Source: an uncultured virus (IMG/VR IMGVR_UViG_3300044706_000059) (Duplodnaviria > Heunggongvirae > Uroviricota > Caudoviricetes > Crassvirales). From it: a DNA stretch of 64,000 nucleotides. The notes beneath the pieces are model-generated. The model was not told the origin of the DNA and ran no database searches. It was given only the letters and a program-made list of their open reading frames with translations. This document shows, piece after piece, positions 17,225-29,934 of this stretch. The position numbers and the translations under genes were made by a program. The stretch covers positions 1 through 64,000 of the IMG/VR virus record IMGVR_UViG_3300044706_000059; one strand, written 5' to 3'. Every line of letters begins with the position of its first letter. The first letter of the stretch is position 1.

Positions 17225-17563
17225 TCATCTTTTAATTTTGATTGATGTTAGGGATTTAGAACTGCCACAAACAGCAGCCCCATGGTCTTTATAATCAAAT
17301 ACTACTTTTTCTCCTACATATTGTTGGAGTGAATCGAATGCTGGCTTATCAATCTTAATATCCTGCGTGTTTTCGTAGGCAGATTTATCACCAGCCCCAA
17401 CCATTTTACCTCCCTCATAAGCTACTGAAATTTCATAATAATCACAGGGGAATGTTTTATGGCTCACTTTCTGTAACAAGCCAAACTTTAAACCTTCTGA
17501 TGTTTCACAGGCTGAAATATAGCCTAATGTAAAGAACCCGAGAATAATTGTTAGTTGTTTCAT
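17225..17563 (-). CDS. Putative lipoprotein
   Basis: Signal peptide ending in lipobox-like ISAC. Confidence 0.6.
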   Translation of the reverse strand: MKQLTIILGFFTLGYISACETSEGLKFGLLQKVSHKTFPCDYYEISVAYEGGKMVGAGDKSAYENTQDIKIDKPAFDSLQQYVGEKVVFDYKDHGAAVCGSSKSLTSIKIKR

Positions 17564-17591
17564 GTTTTTAAATTGTAATTGATATATTGTT

Positions 17592-18002
17592 TTATAGGTT
17601 AGTTATTGCTAATTCTTTCCTACTTATAGACTGAAATATATTTTGAAGTTCATGTAAATACTGAACATCTTCAAAATAAATAAAATTAATGTCCGAATCT
17701 TGAATACCACAAGTATTTATCCTATTAACTCCCATTCCTATTTCTACAAAAAGTTCTGACGCATTACCTATGGGAAGTGGTATTCTAAAATCAATTCCTT
17801 CTGAATTATGATCAAAAAAGCCATATTTAAGTAAAAGATCAATGCTTAATTCGACTGGGTCAAACAAATGAGGGTTACTATCAATATCCCTATAAATATC
17901 AGCGTCAACTGTTACATGTTGGCCAATAACTTCTTTATTCCAATAATTATTGTTAGCATATTTTACTACATTACCTTGTTTAATTTCAAGTATATTTATC
18001 AT
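17592..18002 (-). CDS. Conserved phage protein (paralog of 12747..13112)
   Basis: EIKQGN...YLHELQNIF. Confidence 0.7.
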   Translation of the reverse strand: MINILEIKQGNVVKYANNNYWNKEVIGQHVTVDADIYRDIDSNPHLFDPVELSIDLLLKYGFFDHNSEGIDFRIPLPIGNASELFVEIGMGVNRINTCGIQDSDINFIYFEDVQYLHELQNIFQSISRKELAITNL

Positions 18003-18024
18003 TGATCAGTATTTGTATGTTGTA

Positions 18025-18258
18025 TTATTTAGCTTTTAGCATTGATACATGCAAAGTAATTTTTTTTACTAGCTTTTGCCGGCATTTTTCTACTTGGCCC
18101 ATAGGCAGGATTCCCCGTACTGACAGTTGAACAATGGCATCAGCATCCCGTTGAAAATGTACAATTTCTTCTGCTTTATATTTAAGGTTTTGTTCTTCCA
18201 ATTGCTCAGAAAGTCTAGGAGCCAAAGCCCCGAACCTAATTATACAATTTAAACCCAT
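18025..18258 (-). CDS. Hypothetical phage protein
   Basis: Operonic ORF. Confidence 0.6.
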   Translation of the reverse strand: MGLNCIIRFGALAPRLSEQLEEQNLKYKAEEIVHFQRDADAIVQLSVRGILPMGQVEKCRQKLVKKITLHVSMLKAK

Positions 18259-18264
18259 TGTTGA

Positions 18265-18792
18265 TTATTTTAAGAGTTGTTTAACCTTATTACTATAATA
18301 GGATATTAGTTGTTTTAATTCCTCTTTTGACCATTTGTAGATCGTTCGGCTTTCTTCCATAAGAATATCAGTTATACCGGGGAACTCTTTTTCTAAATTT
18401 TGAGTGTATACAGCCATGTTACCATGTTTAAGACTATTACATACATTACATTGTGGACGGCAATTACGATCATCCCAACGTAAAAACATATGTTTTCGGC
18501 TAATATAGTGCCCATTTTCAATTATTGCAATAGGCTCAATTGAGGAACATGTATAGCATTTAACCATTCCATCTTTATTCGCATATTTATGCCGAATGTA
18601 TTTAGAATACACAGCGTCAAGATCACCAACTAATTCTGCAAATTCTATTTCCTGTTCTTTAGCATCATTTTTAGCAACGCCCTCTAATTTTGCACATTCC
18701 TGACAGCGCCCTTTGCTGAATATATACTTCTGCCTACCACAACGTTTACAAATCTTTCGCTTAACTGTTATAAGGCTATTATGCGCTCTCAT
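18265..18792 (-). CDS. ninG: NinG/Rap-like recombination endonuclease
   Basis: YSKYIR..CYTC..GHYISR..LRWDDRNCRPQCNVCN. Confidence 0.85.
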   Translation of the reverse strand: MRAHNSLITVKRKICKRCGRQKYIFSKGRCQECAKLEGVAKNDAKEQEIEFAELVGDLDAVYSKYIRHKYANKDGMVKCYTCSSIEPIAIIENGHYISRKHMFLRWDDRNCRPQCNVCNSLKHGNMAVYTQNLEKEFPGITDILMEESRTIYKWSKEELKQLISYYSNKVKQLLK

Positions 18793-18794
18793 AA

Positions 18795-18959
18795 TTATTT
18801 GCTTTTAACTCTATTTAATTTTTCCCTCAATGCTTCGGTACCAAAAAATGAGACAATAATGCCATTTTTTTTACAATACTCTTTTGCCTCATTTAATACA
18901 GATGGGTCTATCTTTAATGAACCACTTGGCGTTTTATCTAATTTCTTTTTGTCTTTCAT
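18795..18959 (-). CDS. Small RHH-like regulator, 54 aa
   Basis: Manually translated GSLKIDPSVLNEAKEYCKKNGIIVSFFGTEALREKL. Confidence 0.6.
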   Translation of the reverse strand: MKDKKKLDKTPSGSLKIDPSVLNEAKEYCKKNGIIVSFFGTEALREKLNRVKSK

Positions 18960-18961
18960 GG

Positions 18962-19045
18962 TACAATATTAATCCGCTTTGGTTATAAATCCAAAAAAAT
19001 CCAAAAATATATTTGCAGATGTAAAAAAGTTGTTATCTTCACATT
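18962..19045. promoter_or_regulatory. Divergent Bacteroidota-type promoter pair
   Basis: Minus strand TTTG...TAATATTG; plus strand TTTG...TATCTTCA; located at the transcription switch. Confidence 0.55.
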
Positions 19046-19061
19046 CGTAACAATAGATCAT

Positions 19062-19445
19062 ATGCGTGAATCCATAGTAGACATATCCCTTTATGAAATG
19101 AAGCGGCGTTTCCCAGATAAAAAGGAAGTAACATTAGAGGATATATTTAATGATATGGAGCGGGTATTTCGGTTTAATCCGGTAATGGTCAAATCCCGTA
19201 GTAAAAAGGGTACTTTAGTATTGTATCGTACTATTTTCTGTTACGTAGCTCGCTTTCATGCCAAATTTAAATTACAAAGAATAGGAGAATTTTTAGATGA
19301 CCGCGATCATACAACTATCCTGACTAATACCCAAAATGCTACCAAGTATTTATTTACAAAGGATTATGATTTTATGATACAATGGAATAAATACATAACC
19401 AACTCAACTCTTTGGAAAGAACATTTATCAGTTAAAAATATTTAA
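19062..19445 (+). CDS. Stand-alone DnaA domain IV-like HTH protein
   Basis: KSRSKKGTLVLYRTIFCY..LQRIGEFL.DRDHTTI. Confidence 0.75.
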   Translation: MRESIVDISLYEMKRRFPDKKEVTLEDIFNDMERVFRFNPVMVKSRSKKGTLVLYRTIFCYVARFHAKFKLQRIGEFLDDRDHTTILTNTQNATKYLFTKDYDFMIQWNKYITNSTLWKEHLSVKNI

Positions 19446-19448
19446 TCA

Positions 19449-19688
19449 ATGGCAAGTTTAAGTGTTAAGGAATTTGTAACGGCAGGTAACTTTGTAACAT
19501 TTGATAGTTTCAGGGCCGGAATATTTTATTATAATATTTCTCATAGAATATCTCTGGAAAGATACCAGTTTCAGGTACCTATAGAAGATATTGGTGGTTC
19601 TACATTACTGAATAGGGATAAATCAGTCACATTTATGAGATGGATACGTAAGTCAATTGATAGTGGTACGATGGTTAAAATCAAATAA
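19449..19688 (+). CDS. Conserved small phage protein
   Basis: FQVPIEDIGGSTL..FMRWIRK motif. Confidence 0.65.
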   Translation: MASLSVKEFVTAGNFVTFDSFRAGIFYYNISHRISLERYQFQVPIEDIGGSTLLNRDKSVTFMRWIRKSIDSGTMVKIK

Positions 19689-19696
19689 TTAAACAG

Positions 19697-20107
19697 ATGA
19701 ACAGGGAAATTAAATTTAGAGTTTGGGATGCTAAGGCAAAGTTTATGTGTGATTCGGGTAGAATCCCCGATGGCGTACCACATATGAAATATGAAGTTGG
19801 ACTGTCTGTATCACCAAAAGGTTGGCATACTGGTATTGATGGGTTACATGTACCTTGGAATGATCCAGATTTACCAATAATGCAATGGACAGGTATCGTT
19901 GATAAATTTGATACTGACGTATATGAAGATGACTTCATTGAAATAACATGGAAAGATAACGATACTACAATCGAACGAATAACATGGGATGACAAATATG
20001 CCTATTGGAAATATGGTAATAACCCGCTTTGTGAAATTATTGAAGATAAGAATGATTTTAAAGTTATTGGAAACACACATTCAAACCCTGAATACCTAAA
20101 CAAATAA
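19697..20107 (+). CDS. YopX family protein
   Basis: REIKFRVWD..MQWTG..DVYEDD..VIGNTHSNPE. Confidence 0.85.
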   Translation: MNREIKFRVWDAKAKFMCDSGRIPDGVPHMKYEVGLSVSPKGWHTGIDGLHVPWNDPDLPIMQWTGIVDKFDTDVYEDDFIEITWKDNDTTIERITWDDKYAYWKYGNNPLCEIIEDKNDFKVIGNTHSNPEYLNK

Positions 20108-20110
20108 AGC

Positions 20111-20545
20111 ATGGATAATTCACGATTTAAGTTCAGAGCATGGGATAAAGCTACAAATAGAATGCTTGAAACTGGTTTTCATATCTTGGGTGAAGTAACT
20201 TGTTTTGATATTATTACACAGAAGTTAATGGAGGAACCTTTAGGTAAAACCACGTTAGAAAGAATAGGTGATGTAGTTATAATGCAATGGACTGGATTTA
20301 AAGACGACAAAGGAATTGATATATATGAGGGGGATATTATAAAAGGATTTTCGTCTTCCGTAAAATATTATGAGGTATTTTTTAAAAATGGCACTTTTCG
20401 GCTAAGATACCAATTGGATTCTGGTGAATTTTATGATTGGGGGCCATTATTTAGATTATTTGAAATAGCCACGGAAAAAGATATTCAAACAACTATTGAA
20501 GTTATAGGTAAAATATACTCTAACCCTGAACTCTTAAATAAATAA
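20111..20545 (+). CDS. YopX family protein (tandem paralog)
   Basis: FKFRAWD..MQWTGFKD..IYEGDI..EVIGKIYSNPEL. Confidence 0.85.
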   Translation: MDNSRFKFRAWDKATNRMLETGFHILGEVTCFDIITQKLMEEPLGKTTLERIGDVVIMQWTGFKDDKGIDIYEGDIIKGFSSSVKYYEVFFKNGTFRLRYQLDSGEFYDWGPLFRLFEIATEKDIQTTIEVIGKIYSNPELLNK

Positions 20546-20548
20546 TGT

Positions 20549-21261
20549 ATGTACCAAGAAATATATGAGATACCAGATAGCGTAAAAGATTTATTTGCAC
20601 AAGGCGAAAGTAGTTATCGTATTATAAACTATAATCCAGGAATGGAAATGGACAATATACAATCTATGCAACATTTCCTTGTCTGTATTGGAGCTTCTAG
20701 CGAAAATATAGAATGTGATGACGGTACCCAAGTAACATTAAAGCATCCAGATTATCCTAATTGGATGGTTATTGATGCAGGAGGTTTAGGAGACTTCTTT
20801 TCTCATAGTTTTATGGTTACTAAATATATCCCCGGTTAAAAATAAAAGTTATGACTGACAAAGAATGGGAAGATAAAATAAGAGAATTTATTTCTGACAT
20901 TGAAAAGGTAAGGGATGAACATAAACAAGATTCATCTATGATAGTAGGTTTAAGTGAAATTACTTTTAGAAAAAAATCCGAACACGATAACAAAGCGAAA
21001 GCATATGACTTTGTAGTAAGAAAACTTAAACGTCAATTTAACCTAAAATAAAACAATATGGCACATCCTTGTATACTCTGTGGTGGCGAATGTGATTGCA
21101 ATTTTGATATTGATGATTGCATAGTTAATAAAACTCCAAAAAACTGTGAAGGTTGTGGTTGTACACAATTTGCAGAAGATCAAGGTTGGAATGAAGATGA
21201 CTACGATGACTTTGATTACGAAGAAGATTTAGAAATACCAGATTCACCAAATAAAGTATAA
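20549..21261 (+). other. Three short hypothetical ORFs (20549..20839, 20851..21051, Cys-rich 21058..21261)
   Basis: Co-oriented packed ORFs. Confidence 0.55.
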
Positions 21262-21311
21262 CATAGTACTTGGTTAGCATTACCTGATTAGTTTCTAAAA
21301 TATTGTAGCGT

Positions 21312-21656
21312 ATGAACCTTACAACTGCTTTGGCATTGGCTTTTTTGCAGGGCCGTGTCTTATCAATCAAAACGGCTTTTAAAGAATTTGGCGTAACTAA
21401 TCTGCCCAGGGAAGCAAGTAGATTAATAGAAAAGAAATTCAATGTTGAATTAAAACGTGTACGTAGAGAAGGAATTAGTAAATATGGTGTACCAATTTAC
21501 TGGTATGAGTATCGTTTGCCATCAACTGTTTATAATGCAGAAGGAAGAAAGAAAATGGTAGAATACGTTCAGAAGCACTCCCCTACAATAAACGAAGCAA
21601 GAACAAACAAAGAATTATCAATAGCTAATACTGTTAAACAACTTAATTTATTATAA
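21312..21656 (+). CDS. Winged-helix-like DNA-binding protein
   Basis: FLQGRVLSIKTAFKEFGVTNLPRE..YEYRL. Confidence 0.55.
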   Translation: MNLTTALALAFLQGRVLSIKTAFKEFGVTNLPREASRLIEKKFNVELKRVRREGISKYGVPIYWYEYRLPSTVYNAEGRKKMVEYVQKHSPTINEARTNKELSIANTVKQLNLL

Positions 21657-21952
21657 TGATCAAAATAACTCTATATCCTACCAATGGGATTGGTATTATT
21701 GGTAAATCTTGGGACTTTTTACATGCATTATGCGATCATGTAAAAAAGTACGGTGAAAATTTACACTCTTTAATGGAGTACGCTGTTAAATTACCTGAAT
21801 TTCTTAAAAATATAGAATCAGATATGGTGTGGAAAGTTCAATATTGTGATAATTCAATTAAAATATTTAGCAACATAGACTGGGATAAAAGATTTCACCA
21901 AGACGTTAATCCTATTATATTGATTCAATTAAGCGATAGTATACCATTTTGA
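21656..21952 (+). CDS. Hypothetical phage protein
   Basis: Translationally coupled ORF. Confidence 0.55.
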   Translation: MIKITLYPTNGIGIIGKSWDFLHALCDHVKKYGENLHSLMEYAVKLPEFLKNIESDMVWKVQYCDNSIKIFSNIDWDKRFHQDVNPIILIQLSDSIPF

Positions 21953-21990
21953 CATTATTTTGTTCGAACTAAACAACTTAATTTACTTTT

Positions 21991-22263
21991 ATGACTATAT
22001 GGAGACGTTATCGTTTTAGAACTAAGTCAGTAGATGACGAACGACCCTTAATATTTAACCCTGCATACCCTTGGTGGTGTTCTGGATATGGGTTAGGAGG
22101 AACAATTGATTAACCTATATATAATTCAGCTATTATCATAGCCTTTTTACCTTCTAACGAAGATTTAAATAAATATTGGCCAGATGCTTATGAAGTTGAA
22201 TATACCGAACATGAAAAAATTGAATTTAGCGATCGTTTTCCAAAGCCATCTTATTACCAATAA
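21991..22263 (+). pseudogene. 91-codon gene interrupted by one in-frame TAA (22111-22113)
   Basis: MTIWRRYRF..YPWWCSGYGLGGTID*PIY..YWPDA..FSDRFPKPSYYQ reads as one protein across the stop. Confidence 0.6.
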
Positions 22264-22278
22264 TTAAATTCAAAATAA

Positions 22279-22563
22279 ATGATACTAGAAGATCAAATAT
22301 TCATATGCCCATGTTGTGGTGGAGATGGAAAGGAAACTTGTAACAATCCAGACCACGGTTTTATAAACGCTTTGTCTTTTCATGAAGTCGGAAGATTAGG
22401 TTGTCCTGTATGTGGCCATGACCCTAACCATAAAGTAAAAAATGCGGGCCCTTGTGATATTTGCAATGGCTCGGGAAAGGTATCACAAGTTCAATTTGAG
22501 AACTATTGTCAAGATACTGGATATGATGAAGAACCGCAATTAATACCAGAATTCGGAAAATAA
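22279..22563 (+). CDS. DnaJ-type CxxCxGxG zinc-finger protein
   Basis: CPCCGGDG, CPVCG, CDICNGSG. Confidence 0.65.
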   Translation: MILEDQIFICPCCGGDGKETCNNPDHGFINALSFHEVGRLGCPVCGHDPNHKVKNAGPCDICNGSGKVSQVQFENYCQDTGYDEEPQLIPEFGK

Positions 22564-22568
22564 CTTAA

Positions 22569-22958
22569 ATGAAAATAAGCAAGCGCCAACGTAGATTAGA
22601 AGCCCAACGACTGCTTAATAAACCAGAAACCAAATTTGAGGCGATAGATTTAAGTGAGCCTGCATTTATTCCTGATGGCATGACCAGGGCATTTAGAAAC
22701 AATAGGTACACCGTAATGATCTACGATAACTGCAAAACAACTCATGGAACAGCAATACAAGTGCTTATCCAAAATCATTTCGACGAACCGATAAAGAACC
22801 ATTGGGGCGAAATACAGCGTATTAAAAATGAAATATTTGGGCCCGAAGTAATGGCCATTGAATATTATCCCGCAGAATCAGAATTAATAAACGACCATAA
22901 TATTTATTGGATATTCATTTATCCACAAGGAGTTATCCCCATAAAACTATTTACATGA
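22569..22958 (+). CDS. Conserved phage protein
   Basis: WGEIQRIKNEIFGPEVMAIEYYPAESELI motif. Confidence 0.7.
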   Translation: MKISKRQRRLEAQRLLNKPETKFEAIDLSEPAFIPDGMTRAFRNNRYTVMIYDNCKTTHGTAIQVLIQNHFDEPIKNHWGEIQRIKNEIFGPEVMAIEYYPAESELINDHNIYWIFIYPQGVIPIKLFT

Positions 22959-23066
22959 AAAACCACACGATCAATAACCGTCCCCAGTTCCAATTTCCTA
23001 GCTTCCTCTGAAATAAATTTTGTAATGCAAATCACATACCATAACATTGTGAAATAATTTCCCCTC

Positions 23067-23276
23067 ATGCAAATGACCCCATATAAATTAGCCAAACTAA
23101 AAACTGAAGTGGAACAGATCGGTGAAGCATTAGATAAAACTAATGGGAAAGTAGGTGAGGCGGCTAAGTTACTGCAAATAGACCGAAAAACAATCTATAA
23201 CAAACTTAAAACATATAATAAGTGGATAAAATCTCAATCCAAGAAGAAGGCTATTCCTAAAGCAGAAGCCCCGTAA
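23067..23276 (+). CDS. Fis-type HTH protein
   Basis: IGEALDKTNGKVGEAAKLLQIDRKTIYNKLK; TTTG..TAACATTG promoter upstream. Confidence 0.8.
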   Translation: MQMTPYKLAKLKTEVEQIGEALDKTNGKVGEAAKLLQIDRKTIYNKLKTYNKWIKSQSKKKAIPKAEAP

Positions 23277-23673
23277 TAACGGGGCCCCAAATCAAATAAG
23301 TCCGGTGTTTTTAAAGTCTTTGACCGGAGACAGCGCTTACAACGCTATACAATCTCAAAGTTACAAATACTTTTTGGTATTCTTACCGACTGCTCGGGGC
23401 AATGTTATACGAAGAAATATCCCCTAAGATTTAAAGGCACCCCTCGTCACTCCGGGGTCTATGGGCGGTCATCCAATATGCTGTACGGGATTTAATGACC
23501 TCAGGAGAGGGCCGTATAGCTTAATATATACTGAGTGGGGAGAGAAGGGTTTTTGTGTTGGTGCCCTGTATATATGAAGGTGGTATTGGTAAAAAGGTAG
23601 TTACATATCAGCACCATAAAAGGTGCCGGTATCTACCCTTTGTATTGTATTACAAATTAGTAAATAATATAAT

Positions 23674-24108
23674 ATGAAAGTTAAATGTTACTTTGACGGA
23701 GCCTGTGAACCAAAGAACCCCGGTGGTAATATGGGTACAGGCGCTTATGTTTTAATTAACGATAAAGAAGTTTATACTCATAGTAATTTTTATCCCGCGA
23801 ACGATTGGAATACCAACAATGTGGCCGAATACTTAGCACTGCATGAAATTTTGCTTTATTTACGTTCGGCTGAACTTCATGCTAAAGAAATATGGATTCA
23901 TGGCGATAGTAACTTAGTCATTCAACAGATGTCCGGCAAATGGAAAATAAAAAATGGCTTTTATAAAGACGCTGCTCGTGAATGTGTAACCATCATTAAG
24001 GAACTCCAAACCAAATATGTACTTAACTTTAAATGGATACCACGTGAATTAAATGGAAGGGCCGACAAACTTAGCAAACAGCATCTTTTAAGCGAAACAA
24101 CCCATTAA
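23674..24108 (+). CDS. rnhA: Ribonuclease HI
   Basis: YFDGAC..NPG, TNNVAEYLAL, GDSNLV, WIPRELNGRADKLS. Confidence 0.9.
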   Translation: MKVKCYFDGACEPKNPGGNMGTGAYVLINDKEVYTHSNFYPANDWNTNNVAEYLALHEILLYLRSAELHAKEIWIHGDSNLVIQQMSGKWKIKNGFYKDAARECVTIIKELQTKYVLNFKWIPRELNGRADKLSKQHLLSETTH

Positions 24109-24118
24109 ACCAATCTTT

Positions 24119-24466
24119 ATGAGAAGATCAAGCAACCCAAAGGGAAATGGGGTGCAACTCCCCTTTAATCACGATGGTTTTATTCAAAAATGGCAAGAAT
24201 GGCTTCAATACCGAAAGGAAAGGCGATTGGCAGCCTATGCGCCAACAGGTCTTAAAGCCACCTTTACCAAATTGATACGAATCAGTTCTAATAATCCAGA
24301 ACTAGCTATGCAAATCATAGACCAGTCCCTCGAAAATGGATGGCAGGGACTATTCGAGCTTAAATCTATAACCAATGGAACAGCGAATATCCCAAATCCT
24401 ACAAATAGCGTTAACCAAAACCGAGGAACATCCGGTAACAGAATCCAAGCCGCCAAAGACTATTGA
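24119..24466 (+). CDS. Replication initiator C-terminal-like protein
   Basis: WQEWLQYRKE..IIDQSLENGWQGLFEL. Confidence 0.55.
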   Translation: MRRSSNPKGNGVQLPFNHDGFIQKWQEWLQYRKERRLAAYAPTGLKATFTKLIRISSNNPELAMQIIDQSLENGWQGLFELKSITNGTANIPNPTNSVNQNRGTSGNRIQAAKDY

Positions 24467-24913
24467 AATTGAAGAATTTGAATTGGCCTTGGGTAATGGT
24501 AAAATAGTGGAAAGGCCAGAGGAAGACTTAAAGCAGGCATTACGTTATATTTTTATACTTATCGGGCTAAAGGCCCAAAATTACCCGGTAGACCTTGAAA
24601 AACAAATGCTTCATGCATATATATTCAAAAACTATGGCGGCCATCGGCCAGAAGAATTACGGTTAGGGTTTGAAATGGCAATCCAGGGAAAGCTAAATTT
24701 AGAGCCAAAGGATGTGAGTTGCTATGAAAACTTTTCAATAGCCTACTTCACAAAGATAATGGAAGCATACCGAGAATGGGCAAGAGAACAGATCAAGCAT
24801 TTAAACAAACCAAAGCCTAAAATTCCAACAGCCCGTGAAAAACTTGATATAGACCTTGACTATGCAGTCTTTCTATTAAAACAAATTGATAAACTACCTG
24901 TAAAGATTTTAAA

Positions 24914-24917
<4 letters not shown>
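24375..24917 (+). CDS. Putative helicase loader / replication partner
   Basis: Overlaps the initiator-like gene; ELRLGFEMAIQGKL..YENFS. Confidence 0.45.
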
Positions 24918-27457
<2,540 letters not shown>

Positions 27458-27865
27458 CCATGAGTTCTTAAACAATGATGCTATAATAGAAATAATGCAG
27501 AAATTCGCCAAACATAAAATTGAAGAGCGAGATAACCAGTGGGAAAATGAATTGGCCTTAAATAGTACTGTAACAAGATGTACAATAAATAAATTAGAGT
27601 ACTAAAATATATGTATCTTCATTACCAAAATATAACTCTAAAATGAGAATGTTACTAACCCCTGATCAAGAGTCTGCTTTGTGGCATTTAGGAGAAACTA
27701 TTAAAACTCCATCTGGTAAAACAATACAATATTTCCCCTATTATATGCAATCTGTTGCGCCTGGTGAATATGAAAGGCTGACATTTGAACAACTCCCCTC
27801 TGATGCAAAAGACATGCTTTTAGCTAACAAAGGAATCAATATAAACACAAAAGAATCATATTAAC

Positions 27866-29284
27866 ATGATTATTTTAGATAAGGTTACAATGATTTGTGC
27901 AGACTGTTATAATCATGGATTAGCAATAACAGCATTAAAAAAAAGTTTATCACAAGTTACGCCAGCAAGAACAATTTTATTTACAGATAAACTTTTTAAT
28001 ATACCTGGGATAGAAACTATAATTATTGAACCAATTCGCTCCAAAAGAGAATATTCAAGATTTATAATCAAGGAACTACACAAATATATTGAAACAGAGT
28101 TTATTCTTATCGTTCAAGGTGATGGTTATGTACTTGATGCTAATCAATGGTCGGAAGAATTTTTAAAATATGATGCTATCGGTGCACCTTGGCCTTATGA
28201 CCATGATAGACGAGTAGGAAACGGGGGAGCAGCAATAAGGAGCCAAAAATTACAAAAAATATTAGGTACTGATGAATTAATAGATGTAGTGCATCCAGAA
28301 GATCAATCGGTTTCAATTATATACAAGTTTTATTTAGAAGAAAAATATGATATTAAATTCGCGCCCGAAGAACTGGCATCTAAATTTTCTTTTGAATTAA
28401 TAGAACCAACCTCCCCGACCTTTGCTTTTCATAGTTTTCATTGGCCGCCTTATCGGAAAACAGTAGTTATATCAAGACACGCTAGCTTGGGAGATGTAAT
28501 CATGTGTGAGCCAGTTTTACACCATTTTTATTTAAAAGAATATAGAGTAGTACTCGATACACTTCCACAATTTTATGAACTATTTAGAAACCATTATTTT
28601 CCTGTAGAGTATTACGAACACTTTAATAAAAAGGTAAAACATGAAGTTATAAATCTGAATATGTCATATGAGTCCGATCCCCAAAAACTTCATTTAAAAG
28701 CATATTATGAATTTGCTGGTGTACCAGAAGATGAACAAGTAATACGAAATCCAAAATTAAACTATCAAGTAGAGGCAAACTCAAAGCTATTTAATAAATA
28801 CGCTGTAATTCATATTGATAAACGTCCCGATGGGCATAGAGACTGTAACGGGATTAATTGGAAAGAAATAGTAGAATTATTAAATCAAAAAGGATATACG
28901 GCTATCCAAATAGGAAAGGGAGAACATGAAAATACCGGTGCTATTGAAATGAAAACTGTTACCCAGGATTTATTATGCTATCTTATTGCAGGTTGTGATC
29001 TATTTATCGGTATTGATAGTGGGCCGTCAAATATTGCATTAGCAACCGGTAGAAAAATGATAACATTTCATGGCTCCGTAAATCCAGATTATATTTATCC
29101 AGAAACTAATAACGTTTATCCAAGGAGTAACCATTATGGGAAAGTAAAACCATGTAATACTCCTTTTTGCTGGCATAATGCAATAGGATGTGAAGGAATG
29201 AAATGTGTAGTAAATGAAAAAAATCCTCCTTGTGCCATCTATTCAACCGAATCTTTAATATATAAAATACTTCACTTGGAGTAA
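27866..29284 (+). CDS. Two-domain glycosyltransferase (DUF5672-like plus GT9 heptosyltransferase-like)
   Basis: VQGDGYV..YDAIGAPW..VGNGG; SLGDVI...FIGIDSGPSNIA. Confidence 0.8.
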   Translation: MIILDKVTMICADCYNHGLAITALKKSLSQVTPARTILFTDKLFNIPGIETIIIEPIRSKREYSRFIIKELHKYIETEFILIVQGDGYVLDANQWSEEFLKYDAIGAPWPYDHDRRVGNGGAAIRSQKLQKILGTDELIDVVHPEDQSVSIIYKFYLEEKYDIKFAPEELASKFSFELIEPTSPTFAFHSFHWPPYRKTVVISRHASLGDVIMCEPVLHHFYLKEYRVVLDTLPQFYELFRNHYFPVEYYEHFNKKVKHEVINLNMSYESDPQKLHLKAYYEFAGVPEDEQVIRNPKLNYQVEANSKLFNKYAVIHIDKRPDGHRDCNGINWKEIVELLNQKGYTAIQIGKGEHENTGAIEMKTVTQDLLCYLIAGCDLFIGIDSGPSNIALATGRKMITFHGSVNPDYIYPETNNVYPRSNHYGKVKPCNTPFCWHNAIGCEGMKCVVNEKNPPCAIYSTESLIYKILHLE

Positions 29285-29289
29285 ATTCA

Positions 29290-29934
29290 ATGAGAGAACT
29301 AACCGATGCAGAATTAATGGTAGCTACGGAAGAAGAAATAAACTTCTATAATAAATGCATAGAGGGGTTGCCTTCTATAAATGGCTTAAATGGTGATGGC
29401 CTTGGTGAAAATGGGGAGCCATTGGTATACGGTTCAGGGCCACACATCGTCAAGCATTTTATTGAAACCGTAAAAATAGTTCAGCCAAAACGAATATTTG
29501 AAATTGGATTCAATTTGGGCTATTCCGCTGCTATATGGATGGAGGTGAGTGAAGCGGAAGTTTGTAGTTGCGATATAAGCGAAAGAGAGGAAACCATTAA
29601 AGCCGCTAGATTCTTGGAGCATAAATATAGGTTTCATGATCGGTTTACATTTAATCATAGGTATGATTTAGACGATGAGAACGGTGGCGTAAATCCGTTC
29701 CATGAATTTTATTTCGATCTTGCTTTTATTGATGGCGGTCATGATACTTCAAGCATAATAAAGGATATTGTGCTATGTAAAAAATGGAGGATACCATTTC
29801 TTTTGTTTGACGACTGGTATCCGCGTTTTGCAGACACTCAAATAGCGGTAGCACAATTCCCTGAACTAGAACTAGTAAAAGATATGAATAATCTCAGACT
29901 TTATAAAGTAAACCATGGGAGTAACAAGGTATAA
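29290..29934 (+). CDS. Class I SAM-dependent methyltransferase (Methyltransf_24-like)
   Basis: IFEIGFNLGYSA..FDLAFIDGGH..LFDD. Confidence 0.85.
   Translation: MRELTDAELMVATEEEINFYNKCIEGLPSINGLNGDGLGENGEPLVYGSGPHIVKHFIETVKIVQPKRIFEIGFNLGYSAAIWMEVSEAEVCSCDISEREETIKAARFLEHKYRFHDRFTFNHRYDLDDENGGVNPFHEFYFDLAFIDGGHDTSSIIKDIVLCKKWRIPFLLFDDWYPRFADTQIAVAQFPELELVKDMNNLRLYKVNHGSNKV

Noticed and set aside
22919..22927. Perfect DnaA box TTATCCACA
   Set aside because: Single copy inside a coding region; about one is expected by chance in 64 kb of AT-rich DNA
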